Part shown: piece by piece, positions 28,378 through 38,747 of the stretch
Layout of the letters: each line of letters opens with the position of its first letter
Numbering within the stretch: position 1 is the first letter of the stretch
Assembly: GCA_027490215.1 (NCBI GenBank)
Contig: JAIXYO010000025.1
Coordinates: 7,277-71,276 of the forward strand
Reading direction: 5' to 3'
Length of the DNA stretch: 64,000 nt
DNA from: Rubrivivax sp.
GTDB taxonomy: Bacteria > Pseudomonadota > Gammaproteobacteria > Burkholderiales > Burkholderiaceae_C
Notes under the pieces: model-generated
What the model saw: the letters and a program-made list of their open reading frames with translations, nothing else
The model's database searches: none
Told to the model about the DNA's origin: nothing
Program-made: the position numbers and the translations under genes

Positions 28378-29934
28378 ATGAAGTTTCACCTTTCGATGAT
28401 TGCCAGTGCCGTCCTGGCTGCTACTCCGCTCCTCGCCGTGGCAGGGCCACTGGACAGCTCTTCCCTGCTTTGGACGCAGCGGCATGGCGCTCAGGGCGCG
28501 TTGGTTGCGGCACCGACGGGCTTTTTGTCCGAGATCGTCACCTTCGACAGCGCGAGCAAGACGCTCTGGGTGGCCGGCGTGAAGGGCGTGGACATCCTCG
28601 ACGCCAAGCTCGGGACGCGACTCGGCTTCATCGACACCACGGCCTTCGGCTTGATCAACAGCGTGGCCATCCACGGCGGCATCGCGGCGTTCGCCATCGA
28701 GTCGAATGTGCGAACAGATCCGGGTGTCGTCAAGCTCTACGACACGGCCACTCGGGCGCTGCTTTCCAGTGGCGTCAACAGCATCACCGTCGGGGCGCTG
28801 CCGGACATGCTGACCTTCACACCCGACGGCAGCAAGCTGCTGGTCGCCAACGAGGGCACGCCCACAACCTATGGCACGCTGTCCTCAGCCGCGGGGGTGT
28901 TTCCGCGCACCTTCGGCTCAGCCGCTACCGATCCGGTAGGCAGTGTCAGCATCATTGACATGAACAGCCGCAGCGTGATCGCCACGCCGACATTTGCCGG
29001 CGTCACCCCCACCGGTAGCAATGTGCGCACCAACACGGGCATGGACTTCGAGCCCGAGTACATCGCCGTCAGCGGCAACAAGGCTTACGTGTCCCTGCAG
29101 GAAGCCAATGCCATGGGCGTGATCAACCTGACGACCGGCGCGGCCGAAGCAGTGATCGGCCTGGGCGCCAAGGACTTCAACGTCGCCGGCAACGAGATCG
29201 ATCCTCGCAACGGCGGCGGAGTTGGTACCTTTGCCAAGTACGCAGTCAAGGGCCTCTACATGCCCGATGGCATGGCCACCTTTCAGCGCAATGGCACTAC
29301 CTATGTCGTGATGGCCAACGAGGGTGACCTCCGAGAGGATGACGGCGATCGCCTGACCGCGGGCTCCGACCTCGGCGTCACGGGTGACCTCTCCGGGCTT
29401 CGCGTCTCCGCTACCGATTCGACCGCGAGTGATCTTTACGCGATCGGCGGGCGCTCGTTCTCCATCCGCACGGCGGATGGCAATCTGGTCTTCGACAGCG
29501 GTTCCACCCTGGACCGTCAAGCCGCGCTTGCGGGCATCTACGCCGACGGCCGAAGCACGGAGAAGGGGGTCGAGCCTGAAGGCGTCGAGTTGATGACGAT
29601 CGGCGACAAGACATTCGCCTTCATCGGTCTGGAGCGCACCTCGCAAGGTGCCGTGGCCGTGTTCGACATCACAGACCCGGCGAGCGCCAGCTTCGTCAAG
29701 ATGCTGGTGCTCAACGGTGACAACAGCACCAGTATCCTTCTGCGCCCTGAAGGCCTAAAGGGCTTCGAAATGGACGGCACCTACTACCTGGCGGTGGCCA
29801 GTGAGGGTTCCAGCACCTCAAACTTCGGCACCGCGGTGTTCAGCTTGGCCCCCGTGCCTGAACCAAGCACATACGCCATGATGCTGGCCGGCCTGCTGGG
29901 CGTGGGCGCGATGGCGCGGCGCCGTCGCGGCTGA
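28378..29934 (+). CDS. PEP-CTERM-anchored choice-of-anchor-I-like (phytase/esterase-like beta-propeller) protein
   Basis: Signal peptide. Repeated LVANEGTP / VMANEGDLRED / EPEGVEL motifs. C-terminal VPEPSTYAMMLAGLLGVGAMARRRRG is a PEP-CTERM sorting signal. Confidence 0.8.
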   Translation: MKFHLSMIASAVLAATPLLAVAGPLDSSSLLWTQRHGAQGALVAAPTGFLSEIVTFDSASKTLWVAGVKGVDILDAKLGTRLGFIDTTAFGLINSVAIHGGIAAFAIESNVRTDPGVVKLYDTATRALLSSGVNSITVGALPDMLTFTPDGSKLLVANEGTPTTYGTLSSAAGVFPRTFGSAATDPVGSVSIIDMNSRSVIATPTFAGVTPTGSNVRTNTGMDFEPEYIAVSGNKAYVSLQEANAMGVINLTTGAAEAVIGLGAKDFNVAGNEIDPRNGGGVGTFAKYAVKGLYMPDGMATFQRNGTTYVVMANEGDLREDDGDRLTAGSDLGVTGDLSGLRVSATDSTASDLYAIGGRSFSIRTADGNLVFDSGSTLDRQAALAGIYADGRSTEKGVEPEGVELMTIGDKTFAFIGLERTSQGAVAVFDITDPASASFVKMLVLNGDNSTSILLRPEGLKGFEMDGTYYLAVASEGSSTSNFGTAVFSLAPVPEPSTYAMMLAGLLGVGAMARRRRG

Positions 29935-30438
29935 CGGCAGACGCTGGCGCGCAGGTTCGGCGCGCCAGCAGTTCCAGCAGCAGCGCGACACGCACCAGCA
30001 CTGCGCTGCGTGTGGTGCTGACGGGCACGCTGCGAGTCTGAGTACTTTCCACGCGGCCGCTGAGGCTGCCCAACCGCGACCGGGCATGCGGTGGCTGTTG
30101 GTCAGGGTGCGCCGCAGATTGCCGTGCAGGGCCCCCAGGCAGCAATGCCACCCATTGGCGCCTCGCCACACCGTGCTTGGCGCGGCAATGGCCACTTCAA
30201 CACACCGTCGACGACGGGCTTCATCCAGACCCTGCGGACGTCGGTCCAACCAGTACAGCCGCAGACCGCTTGCGCCGGGCGTTCCGCGCACGGGCGCAAT
30301 CCGATGCCAACAAGCGTGTCGAGAAACTTGACACTCCGACCGGTTCGGACGCGCAAGCCAGCGTAAGTCATTGAATTCTTTACCTTGGCATGTCTATTGC
30401 CTCAGGGCTGGATCGAACACCTCAGCAAGCAAACGACC

Positions 30439-31164
30439 ATGCGCATCCCCCACATGACCGCCGCCTTGATCCTGGTGTGCAGCTTTGCAACCACGGCCCA
30501 CGCCGGGCCGATCGTCAGCTACACGGGCACCACCGATACCAACTTCCTGGCCTACCTGGGCACCCGCGGCGTCACCTTGCCGGCCAATGAGCTGGCGGTG
30601 GCGCAGGCACGCAGCGGCAACAACGCCACCAACGGCGACTACGAACTCGGCCTGCACATTCCGCCGAACTTCACCAACGCAGGCCCGGTGGGCACGCCGG
30701 GCCAGATTGCCTGGGGCGCGGCCGGCGGGAACAACAGCTATGTCGCCTTCAATCTCTCGCGCACGGGCACTGAGCTGAAATTCAGCATGGGCAGCTACAC
30801 GGGGAGCTACGTTGACCCTTTGGTGGCTGAGATTGATGCGCTCGGCCTGCGCCTTCGATCTGACGGTACAGGCAACAGCACCACCCTTCGCAACCTTAAG
30901 CTGGGTTCGACCTCATTGGGCGACTTCACGGCCAGTAATGGCGGCCTGTCGTTCGCGGTGTTCGAGGGATTCAGCGGCAACTTCAATCTGACCGGCGAAG
31001 CTGCGCTGAACTGGGCCAGTGGCAATATCCCAAGCGGTTCGCGCCTGGGCTTCCAGATCAAGGCACTGGATGTGCCGAACACGGTGCCCGAGCCCACCAC
31101 CTTGGCCTTGGTCGGCGCTGCCCTGGCCGGAGCGGCCCTGTCGCGTCGTCGCCGACCCTGCTAA
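30439..31164 (+). CDS. PEP-CTERM sorting-domain protein
   Basis: Signal peptide MRIPHMTAALILVCSFATTAHA. C-terminus VPEPTTLALVGAALAGAALSRRRRPC. Start is uncertain (30385 TTG, 30439 or 30454 ATG). Confidence 0.75.
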   Translation: MRIPHMTAALILVCSFATTAHAGPIVSYTGTTDTNFLAYLGTRGVTLPANELAVAQARSGNNATNGDYELGLHIPPNFTNAGPVGTPGQIAWGAAGGNNSYVAFNLSRTGTELKFSMGSYTGSYVDPLVAEIDALGLRLRSDGTGNSTTLRNLKLGSTSLGDFTASNGGLSFAVFEGFSGNFNLTGEAALNWASGNIPSGSRLGFQIKALDVPNTVPEPTTLALVGAALAGAALSRRRRPC

Positions 31165-31211
31165 GTACAGCCCGCTGACCGCTACATCACCCGCCCGGCG
31201 CGGGTGAGGCG

Positions 31212-31364
31212 ATGCTGAAGCTCAAGACTCCTTGGCGCGAGGGCACCACCCACTCGGTGATAGGCACGATTTCCTGCGGCGCTGTCACCCCGAAGAATTC
31301 AGCCCTCTCCAGAACCACCTCACACGCGTCGCGTTCCGTGTTCGGGATGGCCCGCAATGCATGA
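31212..31364 (+). pseudogene. possible relic of an IS91-family (Y2) transposase C-terminal region
   Basis: The 50-codon ORF starts MLKLKTPWREGTTHSV. In the +1 frame just downstream it reads RFPAALSPRRI. From memory, the conserved IS91-family block is ...LK.P.RDGTTH...F..RLAALVPRPR.HL.R.HGV.APN. Confidence 0.35.
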
Positions 31365-31395
31365 CACTCGCGGTTTCGCAGATCGAACCGTGACC

Positions 31396-31752
31396 ATGCA
31401 AAAAGCCTTCGGCTTCCTGGCTCTGATGTCGCTGCTGTGGCTGATGCTGCTGTGGTCGCCCGCCGCCCTGGCCGAAACGCTGCGCTGCAACGGCCGGGCG
31501 ACCGAGGTCGGTGACTCTCGCCTGACGGTGCTGACGAACTGCGGCGAGCCGAAGCTGAAAGACTCGTTCTGCGCCCCGGTGTACGTGGCGCCCGCGCTGC
31601 AGCCGCTGCCAGCACCGGTTGCTGGACTGGTAGCACCCTGCCTGCAGGTCGATGAATGGCAGTACGACCGGGGCCCTGGCAACCTCACGGCCACGGTGCG
31701 ATTCCAGTACGGCCGGGTGCAGTCGATCAGCTACAGCCAGCCGCCGTCCTGA
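31396..31752 (+). CDS. DUF2845-like secreted protein
   Basis: Signal peptide MQKAFGFLALMSLLWLMLLWSPAALA. LRCNGRATEVGDSRLTVLTNCGEP...WQYDRGPGNLTATVRFQYGRVQSI fits the DUF2845 pattern. Confidence 0.7.
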   Translation: MQKAFGFLALMSLLWLMLLWSPAALAETLRCNGRATEVGDSRLTVLTNCGEPKLKDSFCAPVYVAPALQPLPAPVAGLVAPCLQVDEWQYDRGPGNLTATVRFQYGRVQSISYSQPPS

Positions 31753-31764
31753 GCCGCCGGTGCG

Positions 31765-33162
31765 TCAGCTCAGGCGGGTGCGATGGCGAGCAATCTGCGC
31801 GCGCACTTGGGCCGGCGCGGTGCCGCCCAGCACATTGCGGGCGTTCAGCGAGCCGCGCAGCGTGAGCACCTCGAACACGTCGTCGGTGATGCTGGCGTGA
31901 AAGCCTTGCAGCGTGGACAGCGGCAGCGCGCTCAGGTCCACGCCCTGGCCGATCGCATGCTTGACCGCATGGGCCACGGCCTCGTGCGCATCGCGGAAGG
32001 GCAGGCCCTTCTTGACCAGGTAATCGGCCAGGTCGGTGGCGGTGGCATAGCCTTTCAGCGCGGCGAGCTCCATCGCCTCGGGCTTCACGATGATGCCGGC
32101 CACCATCTCGGCCATGATGCGCAGCGTGTCGCGCACCGTGTCGACGGTGTCGAACAGCGGCTCCTTGTCTTCCTGGTTGTCCTTGTTGTAGGCCAGCGGC
32201 TGGCCCTTCATCAGCGTGATCAGGCCCATCAGGTGGCCGACCACGCGGCCGCTCTTGCCGCGCGCCAGTTCGGCCACATCGGGGTTGCGCTTCTGCGGCA
32301 TGATCGATGAGCCGGTGCAGTAGCGGTCGGCCAGGTCGATGAAGCCGAAGTTCTGGCTCATCCAAAGCACCAGCTCTTCGGCCAGGCGCGAGATGTGCAC
32401 CATCGTGATGGACGCGAAGGCCGTGAATTCGAGCGCGAAGTCGCGGTCGCTGACGGCGTCGAGGCTGTTCTGGCACACGCCATCGAAGCCCAGCGTGCGC
32501 GCCACGCGTTCACGGTCCAGCGGGTAGCTGGTACCGGCCAGCGCGGCAGCTCCGAGTGGCAATTGATTGACGCGTTTGCGCACATCGGCCAGGCGATCGG
32601 CGTCGCGGGCGAACATTTCCACATAGGCCAGCAGGTGGTGCGCGAAGCTCACCGGCTGAGCCACCTGCATGTGGGTTAAGCCGGGCAGGATGGTGTCGAT
32701 GTTCTTCTCGGCCACGTCGACCAGCGCGGTCTGCATCGCCTTCAGCAGCGGCAGCAAAGTGTCGATCTCGCCACGCAGCCACAGCCGCACATCTGTTGCC
32801 ACCTGGTCGTTGCGCGAGCGGCCGGTGTGCAGCCGCTTGCCGGCATCGCCGACCAGCTGCGTGAGGCGTGCCTCGATGTTCAGGTGCACGTCTTCGAGGT
32901 CCAGCTTCCATTCGAAGCGGCCGGCCTCGATATCGGCGGTGATCTGAGCCATGCCGCGCTCGATGCTGGCGCGGTCTTCGGCGCTGATGATGCCCTGGTG
33001 ACAGAGCATCTCGGCGTGGGCCAGCGAGCCGGTGATGTCGGCGCGCCAGAGGCGCTGGTCGAAGGAAACGCTGGCGGTGTAGCGCTTGACCAGCTCGCTC
33101 ATCGGCTCGGAAAAAAGCGCCGACCAGGCTTCGGATTTGTTGTCGAGTGGGTTGATCGCCAT
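31765..33162 (-). CDS. argH: argininosuccinate lyase
   Basis: 465 aa from the ATG at 33162 ([39 protein letters not shown]...). Lyase-1 signature [12 protein letters not shown]. Confidence 0.94.
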   Translation of the reverse strand: MAINPLDNKSEAWSALFSEPMSELVKRYTASVSFDQRLWRADITGSLAHAEMLCHQGIISAEDRASIERGMAQITADIEAGRFEWKLDLEDVHLNIEARLTQLVGDAGKRLHTGRSRNDQVATDVRLWLRGEIDTLLPLLKAMQTALVDVAEKNIDTILPGLTHMQVAQPVSFAHHLLAYVEMFARDADRLADVRKRVNQLPLGAAALAGTSYPLDRERVARTLGFDGVCQNSLDAVSDRDFALEFTAFASITMVHISRLAEELVLWMSQNFGFIDLADRYCTGSSIMPQKRNPDVAELARGKSGRVVGHLMGLITLMKGQPLAYNKDNQEDKEPLFDTVDTVRDTLRIMAEMVAGIIVKPEAMELAALKGYATATDLADYLVKKGLPFRDAHEAVAHAVKHAIGQGVDLSALPLSTLQGFHASITDDVFEVLTLRGSLNARNVLGGTAPAQVRAQIARHRTRLS

Positions 33163-33248
33163 GGGCTCGCGGCGAACGGCGGTGCGCGTCGTCGCCGGTG
33201 TGGTGGAGGGTTTGTAGACAATGCGCCGGAGCGACGCCGATTCTATCG

Positions 33249-34310
33249 ATGAGCCCCCTGCCCCCTGACGACCCCGCCTCGACCTTTCTGTCGGGCTTCG
33301 GCACCTTGCCGAGGCCGGATGACGCGGTGGCGCGCCCGGCGGCGATGTTCGATGTATGCCATGCCGGAGTGGTGCTGCGCGCCATGCTGTTCGCCCATGT
33401 GGTGCTGGCGATCGGCGTGCTGTTCGCGGCACCGACGTTCGATGCCTGGGTGCTGAGCTTCGCGCTCGGTACCGGCATCGTGACGCCGTCCCTGCTGGCC
33501 TGGCTGATCGCGGCGTGTGCCTTGAAGGCGCCGCTGGCGCGGCTGTCGGTCGTGCCTCAGGCGGTCGTGATCGGGACGCTGGGCGCAGTGTGTTCCATGG
33601 GCGGTTGGCAGCTGTCCGCGCAGTTCGGCTTGGGCGAGTTGGACCACATCGGACCGCTGGGCCCGGTGCTGGCGGGCACGGTCCTGGCGCTGCTGATCCT
33701 GCAATGGCTGCGCATGCGGGCGCTGGCGCGCACCCCGGCCGACACTGCGGCCAAGCTGGCCGAGCTGCAATCACGCATCCGGCCGCACTTCCTGTTCAAC
33801 ACACTGAACTCGGCACTGGCACTGGTGCGCCACGATCCGCAGCGTGCGGAATCCGTCCTGGAAGACCTGGCCGAACTGTTCCGCGTTGCGCTGACCGAGG
33901 TCGGCGAGTCGGTGTCGCTGAACGAAGAGGTCGAGCTGGCGCAGCGCTACCTGGCGATCGAGCAGATCCGCTTCGGCGATCGGTTGGCCGTGACCTGGGA
34001 GCTCGACCCCGCGGCTGGCGCAGCCCGCGTGCCGCCACTGGTGCTGCAGCCGCTGGTCGAGAACGCCGTGCGGCACGGCATCGAGACGGCCGACGAGGGC
34101 GGCACGATCCGTGTGCGAACCCGGGTCAAGGGCGGCCGTGCGGTGATATCGATCGCGAACAGCGTTCCCCCGACCGCCTCGCGCCCCGGGCTGGGCATGG
34201 CGCTGAGGAATGTGCAGGAGCGACTGCGGTTGATGCACGATGTCAACGCGCAGTTCGAGAGCCGGCGCGATGCCGACAGTTACCGCGTGCAGATCGTGGT
34301 GCCGCTGTGA
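33249..34310 (+). CDS. LytS/AlgZ(FimS)-type sensor histidine kinase
   Basis: Multi-TM N-terminus, then the PF06580-type block [21 protein letters not shown] and HATPase_c ([14 protein letters not shown]..., [13 protein letters not shown]). Confidence 0.85.
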   Translation: MSPLPPDDPASTFLSGFGTLPRPDDAVARPAAMFDVCHAGVVLRAMLFAHVVLAIGVLFAAPTFDAWVLSFALGTGIVTPSLLAWLIAACALKAPLARLSVVPQAVVIGTLGAVCSMGGWQLSAQFGLGELDHIGPLGPVLAGTVLALLILQWLRMRALARTPADTAAKLAELQSRIRPHFLFNTLNSALALVRHDPQRAESVLEDLAELFRVALTEVGESVSLNEEVELAQRYLAIEQIRFGDRLAVTWELDPAAGAARVPPLVLQPLVENAVRHGIETADEGGTIRVRTRVKGGRAVISIANSVPPTASRPGLGMALRNVQERLRLMHDVNAQFESRRDADSYRVQIVVPL

Positions 34311-35149
34311 ACACGACTCCATCCACCGACAGGGAACTGCGCGTGCTGCTGGTCGACGACGAGGCACTGGCGCGGCTGCGGCTGCGCACGCTGATCGATG
34401 ACTGCACCGCGCCACGCGCCACGGTTGTCGGAGAGGCAGCCAGTGCGGCACAGGCGCTGGAGTGGCTGCAGGCGCAGCGCGCTGGCAGCGCGGGCGCAGA
34501 CCGCGCCTGCGATCTGGTGCTGCTGGACATCCAGATGCCTGGTCGCGACGGCACCCAGCTGGCCGAGGCGTTGCAAGCGCTGCCCCTGCCGCCAGCGGTG
34601 GTCTTCGTGACAGCGCATGCCGGCCATGCGCTGAAGGCCTTCGATCTGGACGCGGTGGACTACCTGACCAAGCCGGTGCGCCGAGAGCGGCTGCAACTGG
34701 CCTTGCAACGCGTCGCGGGGCGGCTTGCGCCGGTCGCGCCATCCACCGATCCCGCGGCCCCGCCCGACCCGGTGCTGGTGGTGAGCGAACGCGGCCGCGT
34801 GGTGCGCGTACCGCTGGCCGAGGTGCTGTACCTGAAGGCCGAGCTGAAGTACGTGACGCTGCGCACCGCCGCCCACACCCACGTGCTCGACGACGCGCTG
34901 AGCGACCTGGAACAACGGCTCGGCCCGCGCTTTTTGCGTGTGCACCGCAATGCGCTGGTCGCCCGCTCGGCCATCAGCGCACTCCAACGCCGCACGCTGG
35001 CCGACAAGGGCAGCGACGGCGACGATGCAGAGGAAGGCAGCACCAGCGAATGCTGGGCGGTGAAGGTGGCGCCCGTGGGTGAATGGCTGGCGGTGTCACG
35101 CCGCCAGGCCGGTGCGGTGCGCGAAGCGCTTGCCGCCAGCGGCTTGTAG
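34307..35149 (+). CDS. LytTR-family response regulator (AlgR-like)
   Basis: GTG start overlapping the kinase stop (GTGA). Receiver domain (LRVLLVDDEALAR...DLVLLDIQMPGRDG) plus C-terminal LytTR (VLYLKAELKYVTLRT...FLRVHRNALV). Confidence 0.88.
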   Translation: MNTTPSTDRELRVLLVDDEALARLRLRTLIDDCTAPRATVVGEAASAAQALEWLQAQRAGSAGADRACDLVLLDIQMPGRDGTQLAEALQALPLPPAVVFVTAHAGHALKAFDLDAVDYLTKPVRRERLQLALQRVAGRLAPVAPSTDPAAPPDPVLVVSERGRVVRVPLAEVLYLKAELKYVTLRTAAHTHVLDDALSDLEQRLGPRFLRVHRNALVARSAISALQRRTLADKGSDGDDAEEGSTSECWAVKVAPVGEWLAVSRRQAGAVREALAASGL

Positions 35150-35261
35150 CCCGACGTCGGTCGAGTTTCAGAGGCGCGCGCCGTCGAGAACGAATTCTGT
35201 AGACGGCGTCAGCGCGAAGCATTCGCCATGCAGGCTGGCTCGTCGTGCTACGCTTTTGCCC

Positions 35262-35489
35262 ATGAAAGCGCAGACCGTGGAAGAGCTGATCGATCTGAGC
35301 CCGGCTGAGAAGCGCGAGCTGGGTGAAGCCCTGATCGCCAGCGCCGAATCCGAGTCGTCGGCCCCCACCGTGACAGATGCCCAGCGCGCCGAATTGCGAG
35401 CTCGACTTGCGCACCACCGCGCCAATCCGAACGAGCCCGGCGTCACATTCCAGGAACTCAAGGCAAGGCTGCTGGCCTCAGCCGCATGA
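35262..35489 (+). CDS. putative addiction-module antitoxin (TIGR02574-like)
   Basis: 75 aa, MKAQTVEELIDLSPAEKRELGEALIAS...TDAQRAELRARLAHHRANP. Its stop overlaps the toxin start (ATGA). Confidence 0.7.
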   Translation: MKAQTVEELIDLSPAEKRELGEALIASAESESSAPTVTDAQRAELRARLAHHRANPNEPGVTFQELKARLLASAA

Positions 35490-35788
35490 GCTTCACGCTC
35501 ATCTTCAAGCCGCTGGCCGAAGCGGAAGTTGCGGAAGCGTTTGCGTGGTACTCACAGCCCGACATCGGGATGGGCAGCGAATTCCTCGATGAGCTCGGCC
35601 GTATCGAGCGCTTCATACGCTTCAACCCATTGCTCTATCCCCGCGTCGAAGACGACATCCGTCGCGCCAGCCTGCGGCGATTTCCGTACTCGCTTTTCTA
35701 CCTGATCGACGAGAACCAAGTGCAAGTGCTGTCGTGCTTCCACCAGCATCGCGACCCGACAGACAGAGCGCACCTTCTCGGCAAGTGA
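35486..35788 (+). CDS. type II toxin, ParE/RelE superfamily
   Basis: 100 aa, MSFTLIFKPLAEAEVAEAFAWY...FIRFNPLLYPRV...RRFPYSLFYLIDENQVQVLSCFHQHRDP is a typical ParE/RelE-like layout. Confidence 0.8.
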   Translation: MSFTLIFKPLAEAEVAEAFAWYSQPDIGMGSEFLDELGRIERFIRFNPLLYPRVEDDIRRASLRRFPYSLFYLIDENQVQVLSCFHQHRDPTDRAHLLGK

Positions 35789-35860
35789 GGATGCGTCTGG
35801 CCGGCCTTCGCGCCGGCTGAATGCGCTTCACGCTCAACAGCAATCACCCCAACCATCGCA

Positions 35861-38680
35861 TCAGCCGGTGTTGCGCAGCCCTGCTGCCACGCCGTTGATC
35901 GAGATGTGGATGCCGCGCTGCATCCGCTCGTTGCCGGGGTCGCCTTCGCGGCGCTGGCGGTGCCGGCGCATCAGCTCGACCTGCAGGTGGTTCAGCGGAT
36001 CGAGGTAGGGGAAACGGTGCTGGATCGAGCGCGCCAGCGAGGGGTTGGATGCCAGACGGTCCTTGTGTCCGGTGATCAGTGTGAGCGCGTCGTTGGTCAG
36101 TGCCCACTCTGCCTGGATCAATCCAAAGATGCGCTTGCCGAGCTTCTTGTCTTCGACCAGCTCCACGTACCGCGCGGCGATGTTCAGGTCGCTTTTGGCG
36201 ATCACCATGTCAAGGTTGGACAGCAGCGTCTGGAAGAACGGCCACTGCTTGTGCATGCGTTGCAACAGCGCCAGGCGCTCGGCGCGGGTGGCGGCATCGC
36301 GCGTCAGGAAGCTGTCGATCGCCGAGCCAAAGCCACACCAGCCCGGCAGCGCCACGCGGCACTGGCCCCAGCTGAAGCCCCAGGGGATCGCGCGCAGGTC
36401 TTCAATGGCGTTGGTGGCCTTGCGCGCAGCCGGGCGCGAGCCGATGTTCAAGCCGGCGATCTCGCGGATCGGTGTGGCGCTGAAGAAGTACTCGGTGAAG
36501 CCGGGGGTTTCGTAGACCAGCTTGCGGTAGGCGGCATAGCTGGCGTCGCTGATGGCCGCGGCGGCGTCGAGGAAGCTCTTCGGAGCGCCCATGCTGCCGG
36601 CCTTCTTGCCCCCGGTGGTGGATGGCAGCAAGGTGGCTTCGAGTGTGGCGGCGACCAGCGTCTCGAGGTTGCGACGCCCGATCTCGGGGTGGGCGTATTT
36701 CGACGCGATCACCTCGCCCTGCTCGGTCAGGCGGATCTGCCCGTTCACCGTGCCGGGCGGCTGCGCCAGGATGGCCTGGTAGCTCGGGCCGCCGCCACGG
36801 CCCACCGTGCCACCACGGCCGTGGAACAGCCGCAGCGTGATGCCGTGTTCGCGGCCCAGCGCATCGAAGAGCTCCACCAGCGCGATCTCGGCGCGGTAGA
36901 GCTCCCAGTTGCTGGTGAAGCTGCCGCCGTCCTTGTTGCTGTCGCTGTAGCCGAGCATGATGTCCTGCTCAGCCAGGTCGCCCACCTTGGACCGCTTGAC
37001 CAGCTCGGTGATGCCGGGCAGCGCGTAGAAGGTCCGCATGATGGGCTCGGCGTTGCGCAGGTCGCCGATGGTCTCGAACAGCGGCACGACGATCAGGTCG
37101 GCCACGGCCGAATCATCGAGCGTGCCGCGCATCAGGCCGGTTTCCTTCATCAGAAGCAGCACCTCGAGCAGGTCGCTGGCCTCCTCGGTGTGGGAAATGA
37201 TGCAGTGGCGCAGCGCGTCGGGGCCGTAGCGCCGGCGCATCTCCAGGGCGGCCTCGAAGATCGCCAACTCACTCATGGCAAGGTCGCTGTACGACGCGGC
37301 ACGCACCCGCAGCGGCCGGGCGTCGTTGAGCAGCTGCAGCAGCAGCGCGCGGCGGGCGGCTTCGTCCAGCGCCGAGTAGTCGGCCTCGATCTTCGCGACG
37401 CGCATCAGCTCGGCCAGCACCGCCTCATGCTTGTCAGAGCTCTGGCGCAGATCGACCGTCGCGAGGTGAAAGCCGAACACCTGCACCGCGCGCATCAGCG
37501 GCCGCAGCCGCGGCGCGGCCAGCGCCTGCGCGTGGTGCGCGTTCAGCGAACTCTCGATGACCTGCAGATCGGCCAGAAAGTCTTGCGCCGACAGATACGG
37601 GTTCTGCGGCGGCACCGCATGGCGCAAAGCCTCGGTGCCGGTCAGCTCGTGCAAGGTGGCGGCCAGCCGCGCATACAGGCCGACCAGCACGCGGCGGTAG
37701 GGCTCGTCCTCGCGGTGCGGGTTGTGGTCGGGAGAAGCCTCAGCCAGCGCGCGCATGGCCGGCGCGATCGGTGCCAGCGTGGCCGAGATCGACAGCTCAC
37801 CGCCGAGCTGGTGCACTTCGGTCAGGTAGAAGCGCAGCACCGTCTCGCTTTGCCGCGCCAGTGCGGTCTGCAAGGTGGCGGCGGTGACGAAGGGGTTGCC
37901 GTCGCGATCGCCACCGATCCAGTTGCCCATGCGGAAGAAGCTGGCGATCGGATGGCCGGGCAGTGCGGCTTCGATGTCGCGGTACATGCGCGGGATCTGC
38001 CGCAGGAAGGTCGACTGGTAGTAGCTCAGCGCGTTCTCGATCTCGTCGGCCACCGTCAGCTTGGTGTTGCGCAACATGCGCGTTTGCCAGAGCTGGGTGA
38101 CGCGGGCGCGGATCAGGGCCTCGTTGTCGGCCCGCTCGCGCTCGATACGCAGGTGGTCGCGCTGCTCGACCAGCTCGGCGATGGCACGCTCGGCGTCGAG
38201 GATGCTCTTGCGCTGCACCTCGGTCGGGTGCGCAGTGAGCACTGGTGAGATGTAGGCATGTTCCAGCGTGCGCACGATGTCGGCAGCGCGGATGTCAGCG
38301 GCGGCCAGCCGCTCGAAGGTCAGCGCGAGCGAGCCCTGTTGCAAGTCGCCCTGCAGCGCCTGCGCATCGCGCAGCCGCACCTGGTGCCGGTCTTCGGCGA
38401 TGTTGGCCAGGTGCGAGAAGTAGCTGAACGCCCGGATCACGCTGACGGTCTGGTCGCCCGACAGGTTCTTCAACAGACGATCCAGCGCACGCCCGGCTTG
38501 CGCGTCGCGCTTCAATCGATAGCTGACCGACAGCTGCCGGACCCGCTCGACCAGCTCGAACGCCTCCTTGCCTTCCTGCTCGCGAATCACATCACCGAGG
38601 ATGCGGCCGAGCAGTCGGATGTCCTCGACCAGCGGACGATTCTTGTCGGCAGCAGCGGCGTGGGGCTTTTTCGTGGGCAT
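35861..38680 (-). CDS. ppc: phosphoenolpyruvate carboxylase
   Basis: 939 aa, with [31 protein letters not shown] and the C-terminal ...AAGLRNTG. Confidence 0.96.
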   Translation of the reverse strand: MPTKKPHAAAADKNRPLVEDIRLLGRILGDVIREQEGKEAFELVERVRQLSVSYRLKRDAQAGRALDRLLKNLSGDQTVSVIRAFSYFSHLANIAEDRHQVRLRDAQALQGDLQQGSLALTFERLAAADIRAADIVRTLEHAYISPVLTAHPTEVQRKSILDAERAIAELVEQRDHLRIERERADNEALIRARVTQLWQTRMLRNTKLTVADEIENALSYYQSTFLRQIPRMYRDIEAALPGHPIASFFRMGNWIGGDRDGNPFVTAATLQTALARQSETVLRFYLTEVHQLGGELSISATLAPIAPAMRALAEASPDHNPHREDEPYRRVLVGLYARLAATLHELTGTEALRHAVPPQNPYLSAQDFLADLQVIESSLNAHHAQALAAPRLRPLMRAVQVFGFHLATVDLRQSSDKHEAVLAELMRVAKIEADYSALDEAARRALLLQLLNDARPLRVRAASYSDLAMSELAIFEAALEMRRRYGPDALRHCIISHTEEASDLLEVLLLMKETGLMRGTLDDSAVADLIVVPLFETIGDLRNAEPIMRTFYALPGITELVKRSKVGDLAEQDIMLGYSDSNKDGGSFTSNWELYRAEIALVELFDALGREHGITLRLFHGRGGTVGRGGGPSYQAILAQPPGTVNGQIRLTEQGEVIASKYAHPEIGRRNLETLVAATLEATLLPSTTGGKKAGSMGAPKSFLDAAAAISDASYAAYRKLVYETPGFTEYFFSATPIREIAGLNIGSRPAARKATNAIEDLRAIPWGFSWGQCRVALPGWCGFGSAIDSFLTRDAATRAERLALLQRMHKQWPFFQTLLSNLDMVIAKSDLNIAARYVELVEDKKLGKRIFGLIQAEWALTNDALTLITGHKDRLASNPSLARSIQHRFPYLDPLNHLQVELMRRHRQRREGDPGNERMQRGIHISINGVAAGLRNTG

Positions 38681-38747
38681 GTTGGGGTGGGGTTCGTTGC
38701 GGGCTCACACGCAGGGCTGCAAGACTCGCGCCTGCTAGCATTCCCGG

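Noticed and set aside
30102-30371. Possible relic of an rve-type (IS3/IS481) transposase C-terminus on the minus strand in the 500-bp spacer (RTGRSVKFLDTLV, then in another frame LYWLDRRPQGLDEA).
   Set aside because: The resemblance to ...NGKVERFNRTL...WL..YN..RPHQGL... rests on a handful of residues across a frameshift, which could easily be chance in GC-rich sequence. I left it uncalled; a frame-aware HMM search would be needed.
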